Positions 8,527-18,153 of a DNA stretch of 64,000 bases are shown here, in pieces. Position numbers and translations under genes: made by a program. Origin of the DNA: an uncultured archaeon (GTDB lineage: Archaea > Nanohalarchaeota > Nanosalinia > Nanosalinales > Nanosalinaceae); the NCBI GenBank assembly GCA_964421955.1, contig CAYQYU010000004.1:1-64000 (forward strand), written 5' to 3'. The notes beneath the pieces are model-generated. The model did no database searches. It was not told the origin of the DNA and saw nothing but the letters and a program-made list of their open reading frames with translations. Every line of letters begins with the position of its first letter. The first letter of the stretch is position 1.

Positions 8527-10560
8527 ATGGAAACCACTGTGATGGTCGGCGAGAAGCCCAACGTTGCGTCAAGGATCGCGCAGGCGCTCGGCGATTACTC
8601 GATTCGCGAAAACAGAGGAGTCAAGAATTACGTCATAGAGACGGACGACCGGGAAATAATCATAGCGCCCGCGGTAGGACACATCTTCAACCTCGAGCAG
8701 TCCAGCGAAGGATGGTCCTACCCTGTATTCAAGGTTGAATGGAAGCCGATATTCGAGACAGAGGACGGCGCGAACTACGTCAAGAAATACTACAACAACC
8801 TGAAAGACCAGATTGAAAAGGCGGATAGCTACATCAACGCATGCGACTTCGACCTCGAAGGATCTGTAATCGGGTACAACGTCATAAAAAACCTTGCAAA
8901 CCCTGATGAAGACCGGATACAGAGGATGAAGTTTTCAACACTGACTTCTTCCGACCTCCAGGAGGCGTTTGACTCCCTCGAGAGCTTTGACGAAGGCATG
9001 ACCCAGGCCGGACTGACCCGGCACATCATGGACTTCTACTACGGTATAAACGTCTCAAGGGCGCTAATGCAGGCGGTGAGGGAGAACGACCGCTACAAGA
9101 CTCTTTCCACCGGGCGAGTCCAGGGCCCGACGCTGAAGGTGCTTGCGGAACGGGAGCGGGAGATACAGGCTTTCGAGCCCGACCCTTACTGGGAGATCAT
9201 GCTGAAGCACACGGAGTTCGAGGCCCAGTGGGAAGATGAAGAGGACCGCATATGGGATGAGGAGACCGCGGAAGAGATATTCTCGGAAGTTAAAGACGCC
9301 AGGATAGCAGAAGTAACCAATATCAAGATAAACAACTACAAGCACAATCCTCCTGTACCTTTCAACCTCACGGGACTCCAGAGCGAGGCCTCTTCACACT
9401 TCAACATATCGCCGAAGAGAACGCAGCAGCTCGCCCAGAACCTGTACGAAAACGGGCTGATCTCATATCCCCGAACGGAGTCGCAGAAACTGCCCACGAA
9501 AATCGGTTACAAAAATCTCCTGAACAAGCTGAAGAACCAGGACGAGTTTGAAGAAAAAGCGGAGAAGGTGCTCGACAAGGACGAGATCTACCCGAGACAG
9601 GGCAAGAAGAAAGATGATGCTCACCCCGCTATATATCCAACAGGGGAAGCGCCCTCCGGGCTTTCAAAACAGGAGCGCCAGCTCTACGACCTCATCGTGA
9701 AGCGTTTCTTCGCGGTATTTGGAGACGCTGCAAAGAGAAGAACGCTAACATTCACGCTGGAAGTCGAAGACCACAATTTCCTCGCGCAGTCAAAGATTAC
9801 TGTCGAAAGGAACTGGTTCGACCTCTACGACCCGTACGTCCGCGTGGAGGAAGCAGAACTGCCCGAGATGGAGGAGGGGCAGGTTCTCGACATCGAGGAG
9901 TTCGAGCTGCTTGAAAAAGAGACTCAACCACCGCGGCGTTACTCGCAGTCCGCGATCGTCAACGAGCTGGAGAAGAGGAACCTGGGGACCAAGGCAACGC
10001 GGGCACAGACGGTCGACCGCCTGTATTCGAGAAACTACATCGAGAACCAGCCCATCGAGGTAACTGATCTCGGGCTCACGATAGTGAATACTCTTGAGGA
10101 TCACTGCCCAGAACTATTATCGGAAGAGCTAACAAGGGAGTTCGAGGAGAAGATGGAGTCGATAAGGAGCGAGGACAAGACCTCAGGAGAGGTCCTGGAA
10201 GAGGCAGAGAAACAGCTGAAAGACGTCCTGTCGAGGTTTAAGGAGGACGAGAAGGAAATTGGGAAAGAACTCGTCGACACCATCGACCAGGAGCGTGAGC
10301 GCAGAAGACAGCTGGGCGCTTGCGACCAGTGCGATGACGGAACATTGAGAATAATAAAGACCAAGAAGGGTCGGTTCGTCGGCTGCTCAAACTACCCTGA
10401 CTGCGAGAACACCTATCCGCTCCCGGGCGAGGGCAAGATCGAGTCCCTCGACGAACTATGTGAGGAATGCAACACGCCAAGAATAAAGGTAATAAGAAAG
10501 GGCAGGAAGCCCTACTCGATGTGCATCGACCCCGACTGTCCCACGAAGGACGACTGGTAG
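8527..10560 (+). CDS. topA: DNA topoisomerase IA with C-terminal zinc ribbons
   Basis: EKP, D.D.EG, STGRVQ.PTL, ISYPRTES (catalytic Tyr), AHPAIYPT, GTKATRA. Confidence 0.97.
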   Translation: METTVMVGEKPNVASRIAQALGDYSIRENRGVKNYVIETDDREIIIAPAVGHIFNLEQSSEGWSYPVFKVEWKPIFETEDGANYVKKYYNNLKDQIEKADSYINACDFDLEGSVIGYNVIKNLANPDEDRIQRMKFSTLTSSDLQEAFDSLESFDEGMTQAGLTRHIMDFYYGINVSRALMQAVRENDRYKTLSTGRVQGPTLKVLAEREREIQAFEPDPYWEIMLKHTEFEAQWEDEEDRIWDEETAEEIFSEVKDARIAEVTNIKINNYKHNPPVPFNLTGLQSEASSHFNISPKRTQQLAQNLYENGLISYPRTESQKLPTKIGYKNLLNKLKNQDEFEEKAEKVLDKDEIYPRQGKKKDDAHPAIYPTGEAPSGLSKQERQLYDLIVKRFFAVFGDAAKRRTLTFTLEVEDHNFLAQSKITVERNWFDLYDPYVRVEEAELPEMEEGQVLDIEEFELLEKETQPPRRYSQSAIVNELEKRNLGTKATRAQTVDRLYSRNYIENQPIEVTDLGLTIVNTLEDHCPELLSEELTREFEEKMESIRSEDKTSGEVLEEAEKQLKDVLSRFKEDEKEIGKELVDTIDQERERRRQLGACDQCDDGTLRIIKTKKGRFVGCSNYPDCENTYPLPGEGKIESLDELCEECNTPRIKVIRKGRKPYSMCIDPDCPTKDDW

Positions 10561-10842
10561 CTAGAGCGACGGATTGTCCATGCCAGTCCAGAAAGGCGGG
10601 GTATGGTCAACGTCGGCAAGCTTTTCACTTCCATATTCTTCTTCGAAGTATCCTCCGTCAGGGACTGCTCGCCTGCCGAACAGGTCGCCGAGCGCAGCGA
10701 CTCCTTCAGGACTGTACTCGGGCTCCCTGTCGTAGCTATTCTCCCAGTCCTGGCTGCTCTGTTCCTGGCTTTTTTGATCACTGTTCAGCGCGGCAAAAGG
10801 ATCGGGGCAGAGCATCCCGCCGGGATTCTCGACATCTCTCAT
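10561..10842 (-). CDS. Acidic hypothetical protein, cassette copy 1 ORF4 (AVPDGG motif)
   Basis: 93 aa; GGAGG Shine-Dalgarno; start abuts the upstream micro-ORF stop (TAG ATG). Confidence 0.65.
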   Translation of the reverse strand: MRDVENPGGMLCPDPFAALNSDQKSQEQSSQDWENSYDREPEYSPEGVAALGDLFGRRAVPDGGYFEEEYGSEKLADVDHTPPFWTGMDNPSL

Positions 10843-10926
10843 CTACATATCGCCTCCATGGACGCTTCTCTGGGTGTTCGAAGGGTTTGAAGGGTTCGAT
10901 AGTTTTGTGGTGTTGTCTGTCGTCAT
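10843..10926 (-). CDS. 27-aa micro-ORF MTTDNTTKLSNPSNPSNTQRSVHGGDM (copy 1 ORF3)
   Basis: Translated by hand; SD-like GAGTTGA upstream; paralogue at 11488-11568. Confidence 0.5.
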   Translation of the reverse strand: MTTDNTTKLSNPSNPSNTQRSVHGGDM

Positions 10927-10971
10927 GGTGGATCAACTCGAATTGAAAACGAGAAAGACCACCGCTGTCGC

Positions 10972-11103
10972 CTAGAACAGCAGTAGCACAATAATCAGGA
11001 CAATAATCGCAGAGCCAGAACTGGCCGAAAGTTCATGGAAAACGGATCTAGCGAAAAAGTTATCAGCCAGAGCAAAAACTCTCGGACTCAATAAAACGTC
11101 CAC
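10972..11103 (-). CDS. 43-aa peptide with C-terminal hydrophobic tail (copy 1 ORF2)
   Basis: GTG start, ends AIIVLIIVLLLF; paralogue at 11620-11748. Confidence 0.4.
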   Translation of the reverse strand: MDVLLSPRVFALADNFFARSVFHELSASSGSAIIVLIIVLLLF

Positions 11104-11167
11104 CCTTGATTGGCTCCGAGTCCATAGCAGAAAATAAAGAAAATAGAATTTAAAAAGGAAAGGGGGG

Positions 11168-11488
11168 CTAAAGAGGTGCCCCGTTCTCTGTCCTGTCCTC
11201 TTTTCTGTGGGAGACGTCCTCCATCGTTTCATTCGAGCGATCGTAGCCTCCCATAGGTCCTGGAGCACGGTACTGGCCGCCATCTGTAACATATCCTTCG
11301 TCAGACAGAGGGCCTTTCGTTTCCGGACCCATAGGACTGGCCATGTAGGCTCTTCCCCCATCAGTCACCGCATCTGGATCTTCACGCTCTACCTCATCCA
11401 TAATTTCTTCTATATTTCTGTCGGTCTCTTCCATTCTACGAGCGAATCTATCTCCTATAATAGAATCATCCTCGTGAGAATTAGCCAT
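11168..11488 (-). CDS. Acidic hypothetical protein, cassette copy 2 ORF4 (two VTDGG repeats)
   Basis: 106 aa; GGAGGTGA SD; TGATG overlap with the upstream micro-ORF. Confidence 0.7.
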   Translation of the reverse strand: MANSHEDDSIIGDRFARRMEETDRNIEEIMDEVEREDPDAVTDGGRAYMASPMGPETKGPLSDEGYVTDGGQYRAPGPMGGYDRSNETMEDVSHRKEDRTENGAPL

Positions 11489-11568
11489 CACTTCTCACCT
11501 CCTTCTACAGCTTTTTCCACGGTTTTGAAGTTGCAATGCTTAGGTTGTGTGTTGTTGTGTGTTGTCAT
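11488..11568 (-). CDS. 26-aa micro-ORF MTTHNNTQPKHCNFKTVEKAVEGGEK (copy 2 ORF3)
   Basis: Translated by hand; GAGGTGA SD upstream. Confidence 0.55.
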   Translation of the reverse strand: MTTHNNTQPKHCNFKTVEKAVEGGEK

Positions 11569-11619
11569 AGAGTGTTCACCTCGAATCAATCGAGAAAGCG
11601 AGAAGAACCACTCCACCTT

Positions 11620-11748
11620 TTACAGCAGGAGCAGCAGTGCCAGTAGCAGAAGCAGAGTAACGTCTAGATGTGAATTAATCGAAACTTGAGGAACTATAAA
11701 ATCGAAGATAGCTGGAACTCTAGAAGTGAAGTTCCAGAACGCGTCCAC
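11620..11748 (-). CDS. 42-aa peptide with poly-Leu tail (copy 2 ORF2)
   Basis: GTG start, ends VTLLLLLALLLLL using several different Leu codons. Confidence 0.45.
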   Translation of the reverse strand: MDAFWNFTSRVPAIFDFIVPQVSINSHLDVTLLLLLALLLLL

Positions 11749-11811
11749 CTGAGGTTGAAAGTGCTGCGGACATACTCACTGCTTCATCACAAACGTTTAT
11801 AAAGGATCCGT

Positions 11812-12501
11812 CTAGAAGAGTCCTTTCTCATCTGGCTCCTTCAGCCCCTCGTTCACGATCTGGAAGCGCTGGCTCTTACCTTCAGGAAGTGAACGGTGCT
11901 TCTCCACCTCGATCTTCCTCAGGCTCTTGTCCTCGTAGGAAAGCTTCAGGAGGCACTTCGACCAGTAACGGGGAACGTCACGGCCCACGAGTTCCAGGCC
12001 GTCCTCGTCAAAGTTCGTGTAGACCTGGTTCGTCACAAGTACAGGGATCTCGTGTTCGCGGGCAATTTTTGAGAGGGTCGAAAGCTGCTTTGAAAGCCTC
12101 TGGTTGACCTCTGAAACGTTATCGCCGTTGGCCTGGAGGCGGTAGAGCGACACCAGAGAGTCCACCACTATGAGCTCTGGTTCCTCCTCTTCAACCAGCC
12201 CCGGGAGCGACTCTATGTCCTGCTCTTGCTCGTTGAAGGTCGTCGGCTCCATGACTGTAACGTTTTCTAGCGCCTCATCATCCGCTACCTGGACGAAACG
12301 CTCGGCGGAGAAACCTTTCTCGGTGTCTATATAGGCGACCTTCTCGCCCGATGAGGCGACTTCCGCAGCGACCTGGACGCAGACGTTGGTTTTTCCAGAT
12401 CCGGATTCGCCGAATATATTGGTTATAATCCCGCTCTCTATTCCACCATCCAGGAGCGAGTCGATCGGCTTTGAACCCGTAGAGAGACGTTCAACTTTCA
12501 C
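11812..12501 (-). CDS. radB: DNA repair protein RadB
   Basis: Short RecA-type ATPase (GESGSGKT, IVVDS, TNQV) with the RadB KHR motif. Confidence 0.93.
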   Translation of the reverse strand: MKVERLSTGSKPIDSLLDGGIESGIITNIFGESGSGKTNVCVQVAAEVASSGEKVAYIDTEKGFSAERFVQVADDEALENVTVMEPTTFNEQEQDIESLPGLVEEEEPELIVVDSLVSLYRLQANGDNVSEVNQRLSKQLSTLSKIAREHEIPVLVTNQVYTNFDEDGLELVGRDVPRYWSKCLLKLSYEDKSLRKIEVEKHRSLPEGKSQRFQIVNEGLKEPDEKGLF

Positions 12502-12606
12502 GTAAAAACCGTGAATTCGAAATCTTTTATCCCTGTCCTGTCTTGAGCAGAAGTTTAGTGGACGTGAATAAAAACTGATTTAAATGTTGTCATTAAAAAC
12601 AGGGCT

Positions 12607-12927
12607 ATGCCCGAGGAGGCCTCGCTGCTGACCTATAACACCAGGAGGGAGAACTTCGAGTCCGTCTACGAACGGAACAAGTTCTACCGCGGCCTTTTCG
12701 GCTACAGACAGACCGTGAAAAAGAATGGAAAGAAGTACGAATACGAAAAAGAGGGTTTGATGGACATGGTTCCAAACGCCAGGATCGACGACTCAGTTTT
12801 CATAGTCCCAGAATCATCGATGGAAAAAATTCACGAATACTTTTCAGATTGGGGAGACAAAGTATCATACCACGTCTTCACTGTAATGATTGAAGACCAG
12901 GACATACTCGAGCAGATCAGAGGTTGA
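12607..12927 (+). CDS. Small hypothetical protein upstream of cdc48 (possibly ferredoxin-like fold)
   Basis: 106 aa, FYRGLFGY...GL...SVFIVP pattern; apparently co-transcribed with cdc48. Confidence 0.7.
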   Translation: MPEEASLLTYNTRRENFESVYERNKFYRGLFGYRQTVKKNGKKYEYEKEGLMDMVPNARIDDSVFIVPESSMEKIHEYFSDWGDKVSYHVFTVMIEDQDILEQIRG

Positions 12928-12933
12928 TACCAA

Positions 12934-15213
12934 ATGACAGACGAGAACGAGACCGTGAAACTACGTGTAGGAGAAGTACCGCCAAACGCACAGCAGGACA
13001 TAGGAAGAGGAATCGTCCGGATTGACTCGAAGGTGATGGAAGAGTTAAGCGTCACCGAGGGAGATGCAGTGATGATCGAAGGCGACCGGGAAACAGTTGG
13101 ACGGGTCGCGCGTTCCTACCCCGCGGACAAGGGTCTCGGGATCGCCAGGATGGACGGCTACATGAGAAAGAACGCGGGCACCTCGCTCGGGGAAAAGGTA
13201 GAGGTTGCCCGGGCCGAACTCAAAGAGGCGGACAAAATAACCCTGGCGCCCGCGGAAGAGGGCGTGATGATCCAGGTCTCGGATCCGAACATATTCAAGC
13301 GCGCTCTTTCGGGAAGAGCAGTCACAGAGGGCGATATCATAGTTCCCGGCGACGGCAAGGACCGGCGCCAGTCACTATTTGACGACCTGTTCGAGATGGA
13401 GGCCGACCAGTTCCGGTTCTCGTTTGGCGCTGAGACAAAGCTAGCGGTCGTGGACACCAAGCCGCAGGGCGCAGTCAAGATCACGGAGAAGACGGAGATA
13501 GAGATGAAGCAGCAGGCCGTCAGCACAAGCAACCAGCAGCAAGTCCGCGTACCTGAAGTAACCTACGAGGATATTGGAGGTCTGGAAGAGGAAATACAGC
13601 AGGTGCGAGAGATGATCGAGCTGCCGCTGAAGCACCCTGAAGTATTCCAGCAGCTCGGAATCGACGCGCCCTCGGGAGTGCTGCTCCATGGACCGCCGGG
13701 AACCGGTAAAACACTGCTGGCGAAAGCAGTCGCAAACGAGGCCGACGCGACGTTCTTCTCGATCAACGGCCCGGAGATAATGTCGAAATATTACGGAGAA
13801 TCCGAAAAACAGCTCCGGGAAAAGTTTGAGGAGGCACAGGAGAACGCACCCGCGATCATATTCATCGACGAGATCGATGCTATCGCCGCCAAACGTTCGG
13901 AAGTAGGAGGCGAGGTTGAAAGACGCGTGGTCGCGCAGTTACTCTCCCTGATGGACGGACTCGAGGAGCGTGAAAATGTTATTGTGATTGCGGCGACCAA
14001 CCGTGTCGACGCAGTCGACCAGGCACTGAGGCGTGGAGGCCGTTTCGACCGGGAGATAGAAATCGGAGTTCCAAACATCAACGGTCGTAAAGAAATTCTA
14101 CAGATCCACACCAGGAACATGCCTCTGACCGATGAGGTAGAACTCGGCGAGATCGCGGAGATGACCCACGGCTATGTCGGCGCGGATCTAGAGGCGGTAT
14201 GCAAGGAGTCCGCCATGTCAATACTTCGCCGCGTACTTCCGGAGATCGACCTTGACGAAGAAATCCCCAGCGACGTGATGGAGAAGCTGGTTGTCGACAG
14301 AGAGGCGATGATTGAGGGCATAAGAAAGGTCGAGCCGTCAGCTATGAGAGAGGTAATGGTAGAGGTTCCAAAGGTCTCCTGGGAAGACGTTGGAGGCCTG
14401 GAAGATACGAAAGAACAGCTACGCGAGATGGTGGAGTGGCCGCAGAAGTACCCCGAGCGGTTCGATAAGATGGGTATCGACGTTCCGAAGGGAATCCTGC
14501 TCTACGGGATGCCAGGAACCGGTAAGACCCTATTGGCGAAAGCAGTCGCAAACGAGGCGAACGCCAACTTCATATCGATCAAGGGCCCCGAGATTTTCTC
14601 GAAATATGTAGGGGAATCCGAAGAGGCCATAAGAGAGGTCTTCAAGAAGGCCAGACAGGTCGCACCCTGCATACTGTTTATCGACGAGATCGACTCCATC
14701 GCGACGAGAAGAGGTTCGAGGATGGACTCCGGGGTTGGCGACCGCGTAGTCAACCAGTTGCTGACTGAACTCGACGGAATCGAGTCTCTGGAAGGGGTAA
14801 CAGTTATCGCGGCTACAAACAGACCTGACCTCATCGATCCAGCGATTACCCGGCCGGGCAGGATTGATCGCTCGATGGAGGTCGATGTGCCGGATATCGA
14901 AGCACGGGAAAAGATCTTCAAGGTCCACACCGAAGAGATGCCCCTGGCGGACGATGTCAAGCTCGAAGAACTCGCCCGGCTGTCCGACGGCTACGTCGGC
15001 AGCGACATTGAATCAGTGTGTCGAGAGGCAGGAATGTTCTCGCTCCGTGATGATCCAGACTCTGAAGAGGTGAAGATGGAGCACTTCGAGAAGGCACTCG
15101 ACAAAGTGCGCCCGACGGCGACCGAGGACAACCTGGAGCATTACAGGCAGATGATGAGAAAGATGGAGGAGATCGAGCAACCGTCCGAGGAAACGCCAGA
15201 CTACTACGCCTGA
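12934..15213 (+). CDS. cdc48: CDC48/VCP AAA+ ATPase
   Basis: N-domain plus two AAA modules ([16 protein letters not shown]); C-terminal YYA HbYX-like motif. Confidence 0.97.
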   Translation: MTDENETVKLRVGEVPPNAQQDIGRGIVRIDSKVMEELSVTEGDAVMIEGDRETVGRVARSYPADKGLGIARMDGYMRKNAGTSLGEKVEVARAELKEADKITLAPAEEGVMIQVSDPNIFKRALSGRAVTEGDIIVPGDGKDRRQSLFDDLFEMEADQFRFSFGAETKLAVVDTKPQGAVKITEKTEIEMKQQAVSTSNQQQVRVPEVTYEDIGGLEEEIQQVREMIELPLKHPEVFQQLGIDAPSGVLLHGPPGTGKTLLAKAVANEADATFFSINGPEIMSKYYGESEKQLREKFEEAQENAPAIIFIDEIDAIAAKRSEVGGEVERRVVAQLLSLMDGLEERENVIVIAATNRVDAVDQALRRGGRFDREIEIGVPNINGRKEILQIHTRNMPLTDEVELGEIAEMTHGYVGADLEAVCKESAMSILRRVLPEIDLDEEIPSDVMEKLVVDREAMIEGIRKVEPSAMREVMVEVPKVSWEDVGGLEDTKEQLREMVEWPQKYPERFDKMGIDVPKGILLYGMPGTGKTLLAKAVANEANANFISIKGPEIFSKYVGESEEAIREVFKKARQVAPCILFIDEIDSIATRRGSRMDSGVGDRVVNQLLTELDGIESLEGVTVIAATNRPDLIDPAITRPGRIDRSMEVDVPDIEAREKIFKVHTEEMPLADDVKLEELARLSDGYVGSDIESVCREAGMFSLRDDPDSEEVKMEHFEKALDKVRPTATEDNLEHYRQMMRKMEEIEQPSEETPDYYA

Positions 15214-15307
15214 TCGCGTGAACTCTTCACTCCCCTTCTTCTTTACTATATTTAGTTCCCCTGAAGTAACCTCCGATTTATAATAATGGACTCTCAAAGT
15301 TAGATTT

Positions 15308-16285
15308 ATGGCTGAAGAGTTCGAGTGTGAAGAGTGTGGCAGGAGTTTCGATACCAAGAGAGGACTCAGCTCCCACCAGAGACAATCTCATGGGGGAGAA
15401 GAAGATCAGGATCCAGAACCTTCCAGAGACCAGATGATAAGCATAACTGTAAACCACGCTCTCATAGGCGTTTTCGTGCTCGGGCTCGCAGTCGGGCTTT
15501 CCGCGGGGATGATGCTCGGTGGAGGCCAGACTCTTGTTGGTGATGTGCCAGAAGACAATTCTGACGCCCCTGCACCTTCCGGCACCAACAACAATGGTGG
15601 AAACTCTGCAGGAGACATAGGCTATGTCGACAACTCAAAGGTCTCAGGTTCTTCTACTACCGAGGTCATGGCAAGCATAGCAGATAACCTGGGAATGGAT
15701 GGTGACCAGCTCGCGAGCTGTGTGGAGGCTGCAGATGAATCCGAGATAACGACAGACAAGAACAGGATAGCTGGCAATCTTGATAGGATAGGCACTCCAA
15801 CATTCCTCATAGGGACCTCGGAAATCGGGTACGAGAGAGTCCGGGGCGCACAGCCCTACTCCAGGATGAAAGGAACTATCGACGAGCAGGTTTCCGAGGC
15901 ACAGAATCCTGGAAGCGACAGCGTGGAGGATGACGAACACCTGCTGACAAACATAGAACTTGAAGGCGAGCCAACACTCGGCCAGGAAAGTGCGCCGATA
16001 AACATCATAGAATATTCAGACTACGGATGCCCCTGGTGCGCTGAATGGCATGGGGTTGACGCAATCCCGCAGAGACCTATAGATCAGGAGAAATCTTTCG
16101 ACAAGGTCCGGTCAAACTACGTGGAGACCGGAAAGGTGCGTTTCGTATCAAAAGACTTCCCTGTGCCCCGGCTACATCCACAGGCCATGACGGCACACAA
16201 GGCCGCAAACTGTGTCTGGGAACAGGACCAGGAAAAGTTCTGGAAGTTCAGCGCAGAGATATATGACAACAGAGACCAATGGTAG
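15308..16285 (+). CDS. Membrane-anchored DsbA-like oxidoreductase with N-terminal C2H2 finger; circularly permuted
   Basis: CEECG..F.....L..HQRQSH, TM helix, GTPTF..GAQPY segment, then EYSDYGCPWC. Confidence 0.85.
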   Translation: MAEEFECEECGRSFDTKRGLSSHQRQSHGGEEDQDPEPSRDQMISITVNHALIGVFVLGLAVGLSAGMMLGGGQTLVGDVPEDNSDAPAPSGTNNNGGNSAGDIGYVDNSKVSGSSTTEVMASIADNLGMDGDQLASCVEAADESEITTDKNRIAGNLDRIGTPTFLIGTSEIGYERVRGAQPYSRMKGTIDEQVSEAQNPGSDSVEDDEHLLTNIELEGEPTLGQESAPINIIEYSDYGCPWCAEWHGVDAIPQRPIDQEKSFDKVRSNYVETGKVRFVSKDFPVPRLHPQAMTAHKAANCVWEQDQEKFWKFSAEIYDNRDQW

Positions 16286-16797
16286 AAACAGGAAAGAAAG
16301 CTTACCGACGAGTCTTCCGGGCGCTAAAGGCTTCGACCAGCAACTATTACCGGATTGCTGGGGTGCTTCTTTTCTCGATTATGATCTTCCTGGTGTTCGC
16401 CTTCACAACTGATATCCCCTGGCATCTCCAGACACTGGAATCAGGTTTCCAGTACTGGGACGACGCCTTTCTCAACGGCGTTGCAGGAATATACATCGGT
16501 GGAAGCATGACCTTTCTGCTGACCATCCTCTACTCCGTGACAGGAGGTTTTGCACTGACAAACATGATTGTACAGCTGAGATACAGGGGTGTCGCAACCA
16601 AGGGACTTGGCGGTCTACTGCCTGGTTTCGTCGCAACAGGGTGTGCGTCCTGTGGCGTAGGGGTGATAGGCATGCTCGGTATCAGCGGCGCTGCAGCAGT
16701 ATTCCCGCTTGGAGGAGATCTCTTCAAGCTTGGAGGTATACTGATCATGGTATACTCTCTTTACGAGTTCGGCGACCCCGAAATCTGTGAAGCCTAG
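16279..16797 (+). CDS. Membrane protein with GCASCG motif (probable DsbA partner)
   Basis: Several TM helices, CxxC, overlaps the DsbA stop. Confidence 0.75.
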   Translation: MVETGKKAYRRVFRALKASTSNYYRIAGVLLFSIMIFLVFAFTTDIPWHLQTLESGFQYWDDAFLNGVAGIYIGGSMTFLLTILYSVTGGFALTNMIVQLRYRGVATKGLGGLLPGFVATGCASCGVGVIGMLGISGAAAVFPLGGDLFKLGGILIMVYSLYEFGDPEICEA

Positions 16798-17684
16798 TCC
16801 CTTGTCGTGACTATATTCTCACCGTCTTCCACTCCAACGAGAACGGTGTGCTCTGCCTGGGCCACTATGCTGTCTTCGAGCTCTCTCAGAACGGGATAGG
16901 AGTGGATGACACCTGAATCAACTAGCCTCTTCAGCGCCATCTTCTCCCTTCCCGAGAACGAGGAGAACCAGCGCGGAGTGAAAGGTAGACCGTTGAACGA
17001 TTTGATCTCGCCCAGAAGTTTGCGCTCCGACCTCCCCCTGACATTCCGGTCAGACTCCAGCTTGTAGATGTTGCCCTTCTTGCCCTCCTTCACTTTTCCA
17101 GAACCCGTGGTTACGAATGGCTCTATCGCGACTGCATCACCCTTCTCAATTACATGTGAGGAGCCGTTGTCGACGTTGGGTATAGAGACGCCGGCGTGCT
17201 GTGTGTAGCGACCGAGGTAGTGTCCCGTTAGATTCCGGACCGGGCTGTAATCATCCTCTACCTGGCTCTCGACGTATGCGCCGAACTCCTGGACCGTTAT
17301 CCCGGGCTCCACGAATTCAAGTGCGAGTTCTAATACATTCTCCACTGTGTCTATAATCTCCTGGTGCTTCCCGGAAGGGTTGACAGTCAACGCCGTGTCC
17401 GCAATATAACCGTCCGAATGAGCGCCGATATCTATCTTCACGACATCGTCCTCTTCCAGCACACGTTTTTCTTCCGGCGAGGGCGTATAGTGCGCGGCCT
17501 CCTCATTGATCGAAAGGTTGACAGGGAACGCCGGCTCGAGACCCTCGTCACTTATCAGCGACTCGATCTCGTCCGCGATAGTCTTGAGATTTACGCCCGG
17601 TTCCGCGACTTCACGAGCCTTCTTCCTGGCGAGTTGTATAACCTCTCCAGCTCTGATATAGTTCTCCTTTATCCCGGAATCCAT
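16794..17684 (-). CDS. map: Methionine aminopeptidase type II
   Basis: AFPVNLSINEEAAHYTP, KIDIGAH.DGYIADTA, NLTGH, AIEPF, AQAEHT. Confidence 0.96.
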   Translation of the reverse strand: MDSGIKENYIRAGEVIQLARKKAREVAEPGVNLKTIADEIESLISDEGLEPAFPVNLSINEEAAHYTPSPEEKRVLEEDDVVKIDIGAHSDGYIADTALTVNPSGKHQEIIDTVENVLELALEFVEPGITVQEFGAYVESQVEDDYSPVRNLTGHYLGRYTQHAGVSIPNVDNGSSHVIEKGDAVAIEPFVTTGSGKVKEGKKGNIYKLESDRNVRGRSERKLLGEIKSFNGLPFTPRWFSSFSGREKMALKRLVDSGVIHSYPVLRELEDSIVAQAEHTVLVGVEDGENIVTTRD

Positions 17685-17786
17685 AGAATTGAATTGGGTA
17701 AAACTAGTTTAAACCAGACGGTCAAAACCATCTTTACCACCTACAAGACACAACTGATTTAAAGGGCCTTGATCCAGACTTGCTTA

Positions 17787-18152
17787 ATGAACCTAATCCA
17801 GAGGATCCTGGATTCTCTGAGACCGAGTCGCAGTATAAGCTATCCTGAAGTATTGGGGTATCTTGAACCAGGTTCAAACGGCTCTGACCATGAGTTCACG
17901 TATATAGGCAGAACCCTCGCAACACCTATATCTGGAGAAGAAGCTCTAGAAGAGCTGAGAGACGAAGAGCCAGAACAGATAACTTATATTTCCAAGTACA
18001 GAGGTTACAAACTAAAATTTGAATACGAAGACCGGACAGAAGTGATAGAGACCGTTCCCCCGTACCTTTCAAAAGAGCAGATAGAAACTAGAGAACTGAT
18101 TAGGCGGGAGAAACAGGATATAAGGAATAGCGAGAGATACCACTGGACCTGA
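17787..18152 (+). CDS. Hypothetical protein
   Basis: Acidic ORF; ATG about 25 nt after TTTAAA. Confidence 0.65.
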   Translation: MNLIQRILDSLRPSRSISYPEVLGYLEPGSNGSDHEFTYIGRTLATPISGEEALEELRDEEPEQITYISKYRGYKLKFEYEDRTEVIETVPPYLSKEQIETRELIRREKQDIRNSERYHWT

Positions 18153-18153
18153 A

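Noticed and set aside
2915-18152. Shared LDSLR...S.S..E...LE N-terminal pattern in ORFs 2915-3211 and 17787-18152
   Set aside because: Too short to support paralogy without a profile search
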